From Micrococcus luteus NCTC 2665 (GTDB lineage Bacteria > Actinomycetota > Actinomycetes > Actinomycetales > Micrococcaceae), in NCBI RefSeq assembly GCF_000023205.1, contig NC_012803.1:720001-752000 (forward strand): a stretch of 32,000 nt of DNA, in the 5' to 3' direction. A program made the translations under genes and the position numbers. Under the pieces are notes generated by a model. It saw only the letters and a program-made list of their open reading frames with translations. It ran no database searches and was not told the origin of the DNA. Below are positions 24,427-32,000 of the stretch, piece by piece; the first letter of the stretch is position 1; the number at the start of each line of letters is the position of its first letter.

Positions 24427-24957
24427 GTGACGGAACGCGTCGAGATCGAGCAGCGGGGCCGCTACGCGGACGAGCTGGCGGTCGGTCAGGTCTACCTGCA
24501 CCGGCCCGGCCGCACGCTCACTGAGGCGGACAACGTGCTGTTCACCACCCTCACCATGAACCCGCAGGCCCTGCACCTGGACCACGCGTACGCGGCGGCC
24601 CAGCCGTTCGGCCGACCGCTGGTCAACTCGATGCTGTCGCTGTCCACCCTGGTGGGCCTCGCCGTCGGGCAGACCACGCAGGGCACGCTCGTGGCCCAGC
24701 TCGGCCTGGGGGAGATCGCGTTCCCGAAGCCGGTCTTCCACGGGGACACGCTCTACGGGCGCTCCGAGGTCACCGCGATCCGCGAGTCCTCCTCGCGGCC
24801 GGGGCAGCGGATCGTCACGTTCGCGATGACGGGGGAGAACCAGCACGGCGACGTCGTCGTCCGCGCCCAGCGCACGTGCCTGATGTGGACCGCGCAGGCG
24901 CACGCGGAGGCCAAGGCGAAGGCCGCCGACGCCGCAGGGACGGGAGAGCGGGCATGA
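24427..24957 (+). CDS. MaoC-like (R)-specific enoyl-CoA hydratase/dehydratase (hotdog fold)
   Basis: 176-aa ORF with a GTG start 1 nt after the upstream stop. It has a hotdog-fold pattern including NPQALHLD. Confidence 0.8.
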   Translation: MTERVEIEQRGRYADELAVGQVYLHRPGRTLTEADNVLFTTLTMNPQALHLDHAYAAAQPFGRPLVNSMLSLSTLVGLAVGQTTQGTLVAQLGLGEIAFPKPVFHGDTLYGRSEVTAIRESSSRPGQRIVTFAMTGENQHGDVVVRAQRTCLMWTAQAHAEAKAKAADAAGTGERA

Positions 24958-25832
24958 GCGCGCTGAGCCTCGGACCGGCCGTCATGTTCACCCCGGCGGA
25001 CCGCCCCGAGCGGTACGCCACGGCGCTCGAACGCGCGGACGCGGTGATCCTCGACCTCGAGGACGCCGTCATCCCGGAGGCCCGGCCCGCCGCGCGGGAC
25101 GCCGTCGCGGCGGCCTGGGCGGGGCGGGCGACGGGCGGGGTCGACGGCGGCCCGCTGGACGAGGACCGCGTGGTGGTGCGCGTGAACCCCGCGGGCACCG
25201 CGGACCACGACGCCGACCTGGCCATGCTCGCCGGGACGGGCTGGCGCACGCTCATGCTCGCCAAGGCCGAGTCCGCCGCGCAGGTGGACGGGGTCGTCGC
25301 CGCCCTCGGACCGCAGACCCGCGTCGTCGCCCTGTGCGAGACCGCGGCCGGGATCCTCGCCGCCGCCGAACTGGCCGCCCACCCGCACGTGGGTGCGCTG
25401 ATGTGGGGCGCCGAGGACCTCGTGGCGTCGATGGGCGGCAGCTCCTCCCGCACCCCCGAGGGCGCCTACCGCTCCGTGGTCCAGCACGCCCGCGCGACGG
25501 TGCTGCTGGCGGCGGCCGCCCACGGCGCGGCCGCATGGGACGCCGTCCACCTGGACCTCGGCGACGAGGCCGGGCTGGCCGCCGAGGCCGAGGACGCCGT
25601 CGCCCTGGGCTGCACCGCGACCGTGTGCCTGCACCCGCGCCAGGTGCCCGTCGTGCGCTCCGCCTACACGCCCGCCCCGGAGGCCGTCGAGCGCGCCCGG
25701 CGCGTCCTCGCCGCGGCCGAGGGCCGACACGGGGCCTTCGAGCTGGACGGGACGATGGTCGACGAGGTGGTCCTCGCCCAGGCCCGCGCGGTCCTGCGCC
25801 GCGCGGACGCGGCCCGGCCCGCGAGTCCCTGA
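24954..25832 (+). CDS. citE: HpcH/HpaI aldolase / citrate-lyase beta (CitE)-like beta-hydroxyacyl-CoA lyase
   Basis: ATG at 24954 overlaps the MaoC stop (ATGA). Begins [21 protein letters not shown]. Motifs ILDLEDAV and WGAEDL. The listed ORF 24876..25832 is over-extended. Confidence 0.8.
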   Translation: MSALSLGPAVMFTPADRPERYATALERADAVILDLEDAVIPEARPAARDAVAAAWAGRATGGVDGGPLDEDRVVVRVNPAGTADHDADLAMLAGTGWRTLMLAKAESAAQVDGVVAALGPQTRVVALCETAAGILAAAELAAHPHVGALMWGAEDLVASMGGSSSRTPEGAYRSVVQHARATVLLAAAAHGAAAWDAVHLDLGDEAGLAAEAEDAVALGCTATVCLHPRQVPVVRSAYTPAPEAVERARRVLAAAEGRHGAFELDGTMVDEVVLAQARAVLRRADAARPASP

Positions 25833-25987
25833 CCGGCTCCTCGGCGGCCCCGTGCCCCGGCGGCCCCGTGCCGTCGGGGCGCGGCCGTGTCCGCGCGTCT
25901 GCACACCGGGGCTGTCACATGGGCGCACGGCCCAGGGGCGCGCTTGACGGCGCACCGCCTCGCCCGCAAGAGTGTGGTTGTCATCAC

Positions 25988-26003
25988 AGTGATCTGTCTC
26001 ACA
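25988..26003 (+). promoter_or_regulatory. CRP/GlxR-type box AGTGA-tctgtc-TCACA upstream of DUF485-actP
   Basis: 9/10 match to TGTGA-N6-TCACA, 31 nt upstream of the ATG at 26034. It overlaps the perfect ATCAC-a-GTGAT inverted repeat at 25983..25993. Confidence 0.55.
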
Positions 26004-26033
26004 CTGATTCGTCCCACGCACCCCGGAGGGCCC

Positions 26034-26408
26034 ATGTCATCCAGCGAGCCCACGGCGCCGGTCCCCACGGCCGCGCAGTTCCGCGCCGCGCAGCAGTCCG
26101 AGGAGTTCATCGAGCTCCGGCGCACCCACCGATCCTTCGCCTTCCCCATGACCGTGGCGTTCTTCGTCTGGTACCTGGTGTTCGTGATCGCCGGCGCGTT
26201 CTTCCCCGAGTTCATGTCCATCCGCCTCGGCGGCAACATCACCTTGGGCCTGGTCCTCGGACTGCTGCAGTTCGTCACCACGTTCCTGATCACCTTCGCC
26301 TACGTCCGCTACTCGAACCGGACCCTGGACCCCCGCGCCACGGCGCTGCGTGAGCGCCTCGAGCGCGAGTCCGCCGGCGCCCACGAGAACCCGGAGGCCA
26401 CGCGATGA
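26034..26408 (+). CDS. DUF485 (YjcH-like) small membrane protein
   Basis: ATG at 26034 preceded by CCGGAGGG; product is 124 aa. Two TM helices. It is coupled by an ATGA overlap to the downstream symporter, the classic yjcH-actP arrangement. Confidence 0.8.
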   Translation: MSSSEPTAPVPTAAQFRAAQQSEEFIELRRTHRSFAFPMTVAFFVWYLVFVIAGAFFPEFMSIRLGGNITLGLVLGLLQFVTTFLITFAYVRYSNRTLDPRATALRERLERESAGAHENPEATR

Positions 26409-28027
26409 GCGCTTCGACCCCCCTGCTCCAGGCCGCCGCGCAGACGGTCGGCAACCCCGCCGTGAACATCGGCATCTTCGCGGCGTTCGTCGTGGTCACC
26501 CTCGTGATCGTGATCCGTGCGTCCAAGACCAACGCGTCGTCGGCGGACTACTACGCCGGTGGCCGCGGCTTCTCCGGCACCCAGAACGGCACGGCCATCG
26601 CGGGTGACTACCTCTCCGCCGCCTCGTTCCTCGGCATCGTGGGCGCGATCGCCCTCTACGGCTACGACGGCTTCCTCTACTCGATCGGCTTCCTCGTCGC
26701 CTGGCTCGTCGCCCTGCTGCTGGTGGCCGAGCTGCTGCGCAACACAGGCCGGTTCACCATGGCGGACGTGCTGTCCTTCCGCCTGCAGCAGCGTCCCGTG
26801 CGCATCGCGGCCGCCATCGCCACGATGGCCGTCTGCCTCTTCTACCTCCTGGCCCAGATGGCCGGCGCGGGCGCCCTCGTGGCCCTGCTGCTGAACATCA
26901 CGGACAAGGCGGGGCAGGCCCTGGTGATCATCGTCGTCGGCGTGCTCATGATCGTCTACGTGCTGATCGGCGGCATGAAGGGCACCACCTACGTGCAGAT
27001 CATCAAGGCGATCCTGCTGATCGCCGGCGCGGGGGTCATGACCGTGTGGACGCTGGCCCTGTTCGGCTTCGACTTCAACGCCTTGCTGGGGGCCGCCGTC
27101 GAGAAGAACCCGAAGGGCGAGGCGATCCTCGAACCGGGCCTGCAGTACGGCGCCAGCGCGCTGACCCGCCTCGACTTCGTGTCCCTGGGCATCGCGCTCG
27201 TGCTCGGCACGGCCGGTCTGCCGCACGTGCTCATGCGGTTCTACACGGTGCCCACCGCCAAGGAAGCGCGCAAGTCCGTGGTGTGGGCCATCGTCCTCAT
27301 CGGCGCGTTCTACCTGTTCACCCTCGTGCTGGGCTACGGCGCCGGCGCGCTGATCGGTCCCGAGCGCATCCTGGCCGCGCCCGGCGGGCAGAACTCCGCG
27401 GCCCCGCTGCTGGCGTTCGAGCTCGGCGGCTCCATCCTGCTGGGCCTGATCTCGGCGGTCGCGTTCGCCACCATCCTCGCGGTGGTCGCGGGCCTGGCCA
27501 TCACGGCGGCAGCGTCCTTCGCCCACGACGTGTACGGCTCCGTGATCGCCAAGCACCCGCTCACCCCGCAGGAGGAGGTGCGGATCGGCAAGATCACCGT
27601 GGTGGTGATCGGCGTCCTGGCGATCGTCGGCGGCATCGCCGCCCAGGGCCAGAACGTGGCGTTCCTCGTGGCGCTCGCCTTCGCGGTGGCGGCCTCGGCG
27701 AACCTGCCGACCATCCTCTACTCCCTGTTCTGGCGGCGCTTCACCACCCGCGGCGCGGTGTGGTCGATGTACGGCGGACTGCTCTCCGCGATCATCCTGA
27801 TCGTCCTGTCCCCGGTGATGTCCGGGACGCCGACCTCGATGATCCCGGGCGCGGACTTCGCGGTGTTCCCGCTGAAGAACCCGGGCATCGTCTCCATCCC
27901 GCTGGCCTTCTTCCTCGGCTGGCTCGGCTCGGTGACCTCGTCGCGCGCCGAGGACCCGGACAAGCAGGCCGAGATGGAGGTCCGCTCCCTCACCGGCATC
28001 GGCGCCGAGAAGCCGGTGCAGCACTGA
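26405..28027 (+). CDS. actP: Cation/acetate (monocarboxylate) symporter, solute:sodium symporter family
   Basis: 540-aa polytopic ORF with [27 protein letters not shown] and [11 protein letters not shown]. Confidence 0.9.
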   Translation: MSASTPLLQAAAQTVGNPAVNIGIFAAFVVVTLVIVIRASKTNASSADYYAGGRGFSGTQNGTAIAGDYLSAASFLGIVGAIALYGYDGFLYSIGFLVAWLVALLLVAELLRNTGRFTMADVLSFRLQQRPVRIAAAIATMAVCLFYLLAQMAGAGALVALLLNITDKAGQALVIIVVGVLMIVYVLIGGMKGTTYVQIIKAILLIAGAGVMTVWTLALFGFDFNALLGAAVEKNPKGEAILEPGLQYGASALTRLDFVSLGIALVLGTAGLPHVLMRFYTVPTAKEARKSVVWAIVLIGAFYLFTLVLGYGAGALIGPERILAAPGGQNSAAPLLAFELGGSILLGLISAVAFATILAVVAGLAITAAASFAHDVYGSVIAKHPLTPQEEVRIGKITVVVIGVLAIVGGIAAQGQNVAFLVALAFAVAASANLPTILYSLFWRRFTTRGAVWSMYGGLLSAIILIVLSPVMSGTPTSMIPGADFAVFPLKNPGIVSIPLAFFLGWLGSVTSSRAEDPDKQAEMEVRSLTGIGAEKPVQH

Positions 28028-28049
28028 TCCGCGGCTGACCCGGTCCCAC

Positions 28050-28101
28050 GGGGGCCGGCGGGGCGGGACGTCGCGGTGCGGCGTCCGTCCGGCCGGCCCC
28101 C
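28050..28101 (+). terminator. Compound GC hairpin after actP
   Basis: Outer 10-bp arms gggggccggc / gccggccccc enclose an inner ggacg/cgtcc stem. Confidence 0.5.
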
Positions 28102-28106
28102 CGTCC

Positions 28107-29402
28107 GTGTCCAGGCCCGGCTGGCATCATGGCGGGGTGACGCACGGATCCCTCACCGACTACACGCTGCCCGCTCCCGCCCCGGCGGACGACGACGGCG
28201 TCCCGCGCGCCGTCGCCCTGATCGGCTCCACGGGCTCGATCGGCACCCAGGGCCTCGACGTGATCGCCCAGGACCCCGCCCGGCTCCGGGCCGTCGCGCT
28301 CGCGGGCGGGGCGAACACGACCCTGCTGGCCGAGCAGGCCGTGCGCTTCGAGGTCGAGGCGGTGGGCTCCGCCGCGGCGGGACAGGAGGAGCTGCGGGCC
28401 GCCCTCGCCGACGCCGCCGCCCGCCTCGGGCGCCCGGCCCCCCGGCCCGTGCTGTTCACCGGTCCGTGCGCCGCCGAGGAGATCGCCGCGTGGCCCGGCG
28501 CCGACACCGTGCTGAACGGGATCACGGGCTCGATCGGCCTGCGGCCCACCCTCGCCGCGCTGCACGCCGGCCACCGCCTGGCCCTGGCCAACAAGGAGTC
28601 GCTCATCGTCGGCGGGGCCCTCGTGAAGGCCGCCGCGGCACCAGGGCAGCTCGTGCCGGTGGACTCCGAGCACTCCGCGCTCGCGCAGGCGCTGCGCGGT
28701 GGCACGGCGGACGAGGTCCGCCGCCTCGTGCTCACGGCCTCAGGCGGGCCGTTCCGCGGCCTGGACCGCGCCGCCCTGCACGCCGTCACGCCCGCCCAGG
28801 CCCTCGCCCACCCCACGTGGGACATGGGCCGCGTCGTCACCACCAACTCCGCCTCCCTCGTGAACAAGGCCCTCGAGGTGATCGAGGCCCACCTGCTGTT
28901 CGACGTGCCCCTGGACCGGATCGACGTCGTGGTCCACCCGCAGTCCGTGGTCCACTCGATGGTCGAGTTCGTCGACGGGTCCACGCTCGCCCAGGCCTCC
29001 CCGCCGGACATGCGCCTGCCCATCGCCCTGGGGCTGTGCTGGCCGCGCCGTCTCCCGGGCGCAGCCCCGGCCTGCGACTGGACGCGGGCGGCCACCTGGA
29101 CGTTCGAGCCCCTCGACGAGGAGGCCTTCCCCGCGGTACGGGCCGCGAAGGAGGCGGCGGCCGCCTCGCCCACCCACATGGCCGTGTTCAACGCCGCCAA
29201 CGAGGAGTCCGTGGACGCCTTCCACGCCGGCGCCCTGCCCTTCGACGGGATCGTGGACACGGTCCGCGCCGTCGTCGCCGACTATGCCCCCGAGCACGTG
29301 CTCGCCGAGGCCGGCCACGACCCCGCGCCGACGGGGCTCACCGTGGATGCCGTGCTCGCCGCCGAGGCCTGGGCGCGCCGTGCGGCGCGGGCCCGCTGGT
29401 GA
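28107..29402 (+). CDS. dxr: 1-deoxy-D-xylulose-5-phosphate reductoisomerase
   Basis: Motifs: [48 protein letters not shown]. The start is ambiguous: GTG 28107 (longest) or GTG 28137. Confidence 0.9.
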   Translation: MSRPGWHHGGVTHGSLTDYTLPAPAPADDDGVPRAVALIGSTGSIGTQGLDVIAQDPARLRAVALAGGANTTLLAEQAVRFEVEAVGSAAAGQEELRAALADAAARLGRPAPRPVLFTGPCAAEEIAAWPGADTVLNGITGSIGLRPTLAALHAGHRLALANKESLIVGGALVKAAAAPGQLVPVDSEHSALAQALRGGTADEVRRLVLTASGGPFRGLDRAALHAVTPAQALAHPTWDMGRVVTTNSASLVNKALEVIEAHLLFDVPLDRIDVVVHPQSVVHSMVEFVDGSTLAQASPPDMRLPIALGLCWPRRLPGAAPACDWTRAATWTFEPLDEEAFPAVRAAKEAAAASPTHMAVFNAANEESVDAFHAGALPFDGIVDTVRAVVADYAPEHVLAEAGHDPAPTGLTVDAVLAAEAWARRAARARW

Positions 29403-30766
29403 CCGTCGTGGAGATCCTCTGGTACGTCGCGGGCGTCCTCGCGGTCGCGCTGGGCCTGGCGGTCTCGATCGCCCTGCACGAGGTCGGCCACCTCGTCCCG
29501 GCCAAGCTCTTCGGCGTGCGCGTCACGCAGTACATGATCGGCTTCGGCCCGGCGCTCGTCTCGTGGCGCCGCGGCGAGACGGAGTACGGGTTCAAGGCCG
29601 TGCCGCTGGGCGGCTACGTCGCGATGATCGGGATGCTGCCCCCGCCGCGGCCCGGGCAGACGCCCCGCACGGCGTCCACGGGCTTCGTCCAGCAGCTGGG
29701 CCGCATGGCCGACGACGCGCGGGCCCAGGCCGCCGAGGAGGTCCGCCCCGGCGACGAGCACCGTCGCTTCCTGGCGCTGCCGGTGTGGAAGCGTGTGGTG
29801 ATCATGCTCGGCGGGCCGTTCATGAACCTGCTCATCGCGTTGGGCGTCACCGCCCTGCTGGTCACCACGGTGGGCACCTCGCAGCCCAGCACCACCGTCG
29901 CCGAGGTCTACCGGTGCGTGGTCACGACGCAGGAGCAGCAGGCCCGCGCCGCCTCCGGCGGGACGGAGGACTGCCGCCCGGGCGATCCCGCCGCGCCCGC
30001 CCACGAGGCGGGACTGCGCCCCGGGGACACCGTGCTCGCCTTCGACGGGCGGCCGGTCTCCGACTGGGACGCCCTCTCCGCCGCGATCCGGGACCGCGCC
30101 GGACAGCCCACGCGGATCGAGTGGGAGCGCGACGGCGAGCGGATGAGCGCCACCCTGACCCCGCGCCTGACGGAACGGCCCGTGACGGATGCGCTGGGCC
30201 GGCCCGAGCGGGCCTCGGACGGGACCGTGGCGACCCACGAGGTCGGGTTCATCGGCATGGGCGCGCAGCTCGAGACGGTCCGCGGCACCCCGCTCGACGC
30301 CGGCCCGCTCGTCACCCAGCAGGTGCGGGGCGTCGTCGACGTCGTCCTCGTGCTGCCGCAGCGGCTGTGGGACACCGCCGTCGCCGTGGTGACCCCGGCC
30401 GAGCGCGACCCGGACGGACCGATGTCCGTGGTGGGCGTCGGCCGGATCGCCGGGGAGGCGGCGGCGCTCGAGCAGGCCACGCTGACGGACAAGGCCGCCC
30501 TGCTGCTGTCCCTGCTGGCGGGCGTGAACGTGGCGCTCATGGTGTTCAACCTCATCCCGCTGCTCCCGCTCGACGGCGGGCACGTGGCCGGCGCCCTGTG
30601 GGAGGCGGTGCGCCGCGGCTGGGCCCGGTTCACGGGCCGCCCCGACCCGGGGCCGTTCGACCTGGCCCGCATGCTGCCGCTGACCTACGCGGTGGGCGCG
30701 GCGATGCTGCTCATGGGCGTCATCCTGATCGTGGCGGACATCGTGGAGCCGGTCCGGCTGTTCTGA
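29399..30766 (+). CDS. rseP: M50 site-2 zinc metalloprotease (RseP/Rip1 family) with PDZ domain
   Basis: The GTG at 29399 overlaps the dxr stop (GTGA). Begins [14 protein letters not shown]. Motifs HEVGH and [12 protein letters not shown], with a PDZ-like segment [16 protein letters not shown]. The listed ORF 28076..30766 is over-extended. Confidence 0.9.
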   Translation: MTVVEILWYVAGVLAVALGLAVSIALHEVGHLVPAKLFGVRVTQYMIGFGPALVSWRRGETEYGFKAVPLGGYVAMIGMLPPPRPGQTPRTASTGFVQQLGRMADDARAQAAEEVRPGDEHRRFLALPVWKRVVIMLGGPFMNLLIALGVTALLVTTVGTSQPSTTVAEVYRCVVTTQEQQARAASGGTEDCRPGDPAAPAHEAGLRPGDTVLAFDGRPVSDWDALSAAIRDRAGQPTRIEWERDGERMSATLTPRLTERPVTDALGRPERASDGTVATHEVGFIGMGAQLETVRGTPLDAGPLVTQQVRGVVDVVLVLPQRLWDTAVAVVTPAERDPDGPMSVVGVGRIAGEAAALEQATLTDKAALLLSLLAGVNVALMVFNLIPLLPLDGGHVAGALWEAVRRGWARFTGRPDPGPFDLARMLPLTYAVGAAMLLMGVILIVADIVEPVRLF

Positions 30767-30820
30767 GCCCGGTCCGTTCGCCGTGGGCGGTCGGCCCGCG
30801 CCCCGGGGCGCCCGCGCGCC

Positions 30821-30826
30821 TAGGAT
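30821..30826 (+). promoter_or_regulatory. Candidate -10 element (TAGGAT) for ispG
   Basis: Context gcgccTAGGATgggcc, 61 nt upstream of the ispG start. Confidence 0.45.
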
Positions 30827-30886
30827 GGGCCGGAGAACCCGGCGGCCCCGCGCCGTCGACCCCCAGAACCCATGAGGAGCGCCCCC

Positions 30887-32000
30887 GTGCCCGTCAGCCT
30901 TGGAATGCCGTCCGCCCCGCCGCCCGTGCTGGCCCCGCGCCGCACCACCCGGCAGATCCGGGTGGGCTCGGTGGGCGTCGGCTCGCAGCACCCCGTCTCG
31001 GTGCAGTCGATGACCACCACCAAGACGCACGACATCGGCGCGACCCTGCAGCAGATCGCCGAGCTCACGGCCGCCGGCTGCGACATCGTCCGCGTGGCCT
31101 GCCCCACGGACAAGGACGCCGAGGCCCTCAAGGTCATCGCCCAGCAGTCCACCATCCCCGTGATCGCGGACATCCACTTCCAGCCGAAGTACGTGTTCGC
31201 GGCGATCGAGGCCGGCTGCGGCGCCGTGCGCGTGAACCCGGGCAACATCAAGAAGTTCGACGACAAGGTCAAGGAGATCGCGCAGGCCGCCTCGGACCAC
31301 GGCACCTCCCTCCGCATCGGCGTCAACGCCGGCTCCCTGGACCCGCGCCTGCTGCAGAAGTACGGCAAGGCCACCCCGGAGGCCCTCGTCGAGTCCGCCG
31401 TCTGGGAGGCCTCCCTCTTCGAGGAGCACGGCTTCAAGGACTTCAAGATCTCCGTCAAGCACAACGACCCGGTGATCATGGCCCGCGCCTACGAGCTGCT
31501 CGCCGAGCAGGGTGACTGGCCGCTGCACCTCGGCGTCACCGAGGCCGGCCCGGCCTTCCAGGGCACCATCAAGTCCGCCACCGCCTTCGGCTACCTGCTC
31601 GGCCAGGGCATCGGCGACACCATCCGCGTCTCCCTCTCCGCGCCGCCGGTCGAGGAGGTCAAGGTGGGCCTGCAGATCCTGCAGTCCCTGAACCTGCGTG
31701 AGCGCAAGCTCGAGATCGTCTCCTGCCCCTCGTGCGGCCGCGCCCAGGTGGACGTGTACACGCTGGCCGAGCAGGTCACCGAGGGCCTCCAGGACCTCGA
31801 GGTCCCGCTGCGGGTGGCCGTCATGGGCTGCGTCGTCAACGGGCCGGGCGAGGCCCGCGAGGCCGACCTCGGCGTCGCCTCCGGCAACGGCAAGGGCCAG
31901 ATCTTCGTCAAGGGCGAGGTCATCCGCACCGTGCCCGAGGACCAGATCGTGGAGACCCTCATCGAGGAGGCCAACCGGATCGCCGGTGAGATGGACCTGG
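30887..32000 (+). CDS. ispG: 4-hydroxy-3-methylbut-2-en-1-yl diphosphate synthase (3' end outside the window)
   Basis: Not in the ORF track because no stop falls within the window. I translated it by hand from the GTG at 30887 (GAGGAG 6 nt upstream): [59 protein letters not shown]. The frame stays open to base 32000. Confidence 0.93.
   Translation, partial: MPVSLGMPSAPPPVLAPRRTTRQIRVGSVGVGSQHPVSVQSMTTTKTHDIGATLQQIAELTAAGCDIVRVACPTDKDAEALKVIAQQSTIPVIADIHFQPKYVFAAIEAGCGAVRVNPGNIKKFDDKVKEIAQAASDHGTSLRIGVNAGSLDPRLLQKYGKATPEALVESAVWEASLFEEHGFKDFKISVKHNDPVIMARAYELLAEQGDWPLHLGVTEAGPAFQGTIKSATAFGYLLGQGIGDTIRVSLSAPPVEEVKVGLQILQSLNLRERKLEIVSCPSCGRAQVDVYTLAEQVTEGLQDLEVPLRVAVMGCVVNGPGEAREADLGVASGNGKGQIFVKGEVIRTVPEDQIVETLIEEANRIAGEMDL

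Noticed and set aside
26309-28024. 571-aa minus-strand ORF antisense to actP, plus the similar 29282..31528 ORF antisense to rseP/ispG and 12652..13629 antisense to cdsA
   Set aside because: The + strand products are hydrophobic polytopic proteins or conserved enzymes with family motifs. The antisense translations are charged, low-complexity strings.
1-32000. Search for mobile elements, CRISPR arrays, toxin-antitoxin pairs or defence islands
   Set aside because: All coding capacity is accounted for by housekeeping or catabolic genes. I saw no transposase-, integrase- or recombinase-like translations, no regularly spaced repeats and no unexplained gene-sized gaps. The largest spacers are 404, 312, 207 and 201 nt.

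Overview
Very GC-rich actinobacterial chromosomal DNA (GC not computed; third codon positions are almost all G/C, Micrococcales-like). The window is densely coding and mostly on the + strand. It holds the conserved housekeeping backbone rpsB-tsf-pyrH-frr-cdsA ... dxr-rseP/rip1-ispG. Between cdsA and dxr lies a ~14 kb catabolic block: a three-gene branched-chain/2-oxoacid dehydrogenase operon; a TetR regulator divergent from a leucine-catabolism-like operon (acyl-CoA carboxylase beta and alpha subunits, acyl-CoA dehydrogenase, MaoC hydratase, CitE-like lyase); and a DUF485-ActP monocarboxylate symporter pair. The left third carries an SDR (5' truncated by the window edge), a nucleoside hydrolase, an aldo/keto reductase, a Holin-X-like membrane protein, a CDP-alcohol phosphatidyltransferase plus GT4 glycosyltransferase pair, one CAU-anticodon tRNA, a LysM-LysM-NlpC/P60 hydrolase, a second GT4 and an M23 peptidase. 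I found no CRISPR array, transposase, integrase, toxin-antitoxin pair or recognisable defence genes, and no convincing novel multi-gene system. The points worth a second look are regulatory or RNA-level. Two AGTGA-N6-TCACA (CRP/GlxR-type) boxes lie upstream of the two catabolic/transport operons. Perfect palindromes overlap the liu-like promoter. There are long leaders upstream of the NlpC/P60 gene (candidate c-di-AMP riboswitch context) and of rpsB. A TAGGAT -10 element recurs. The CAU tRNA has a body that looks Ile2-like. Many long ORFs in the supplied track are GC-driven antisense or out-of-frame artefacts and were rejected.
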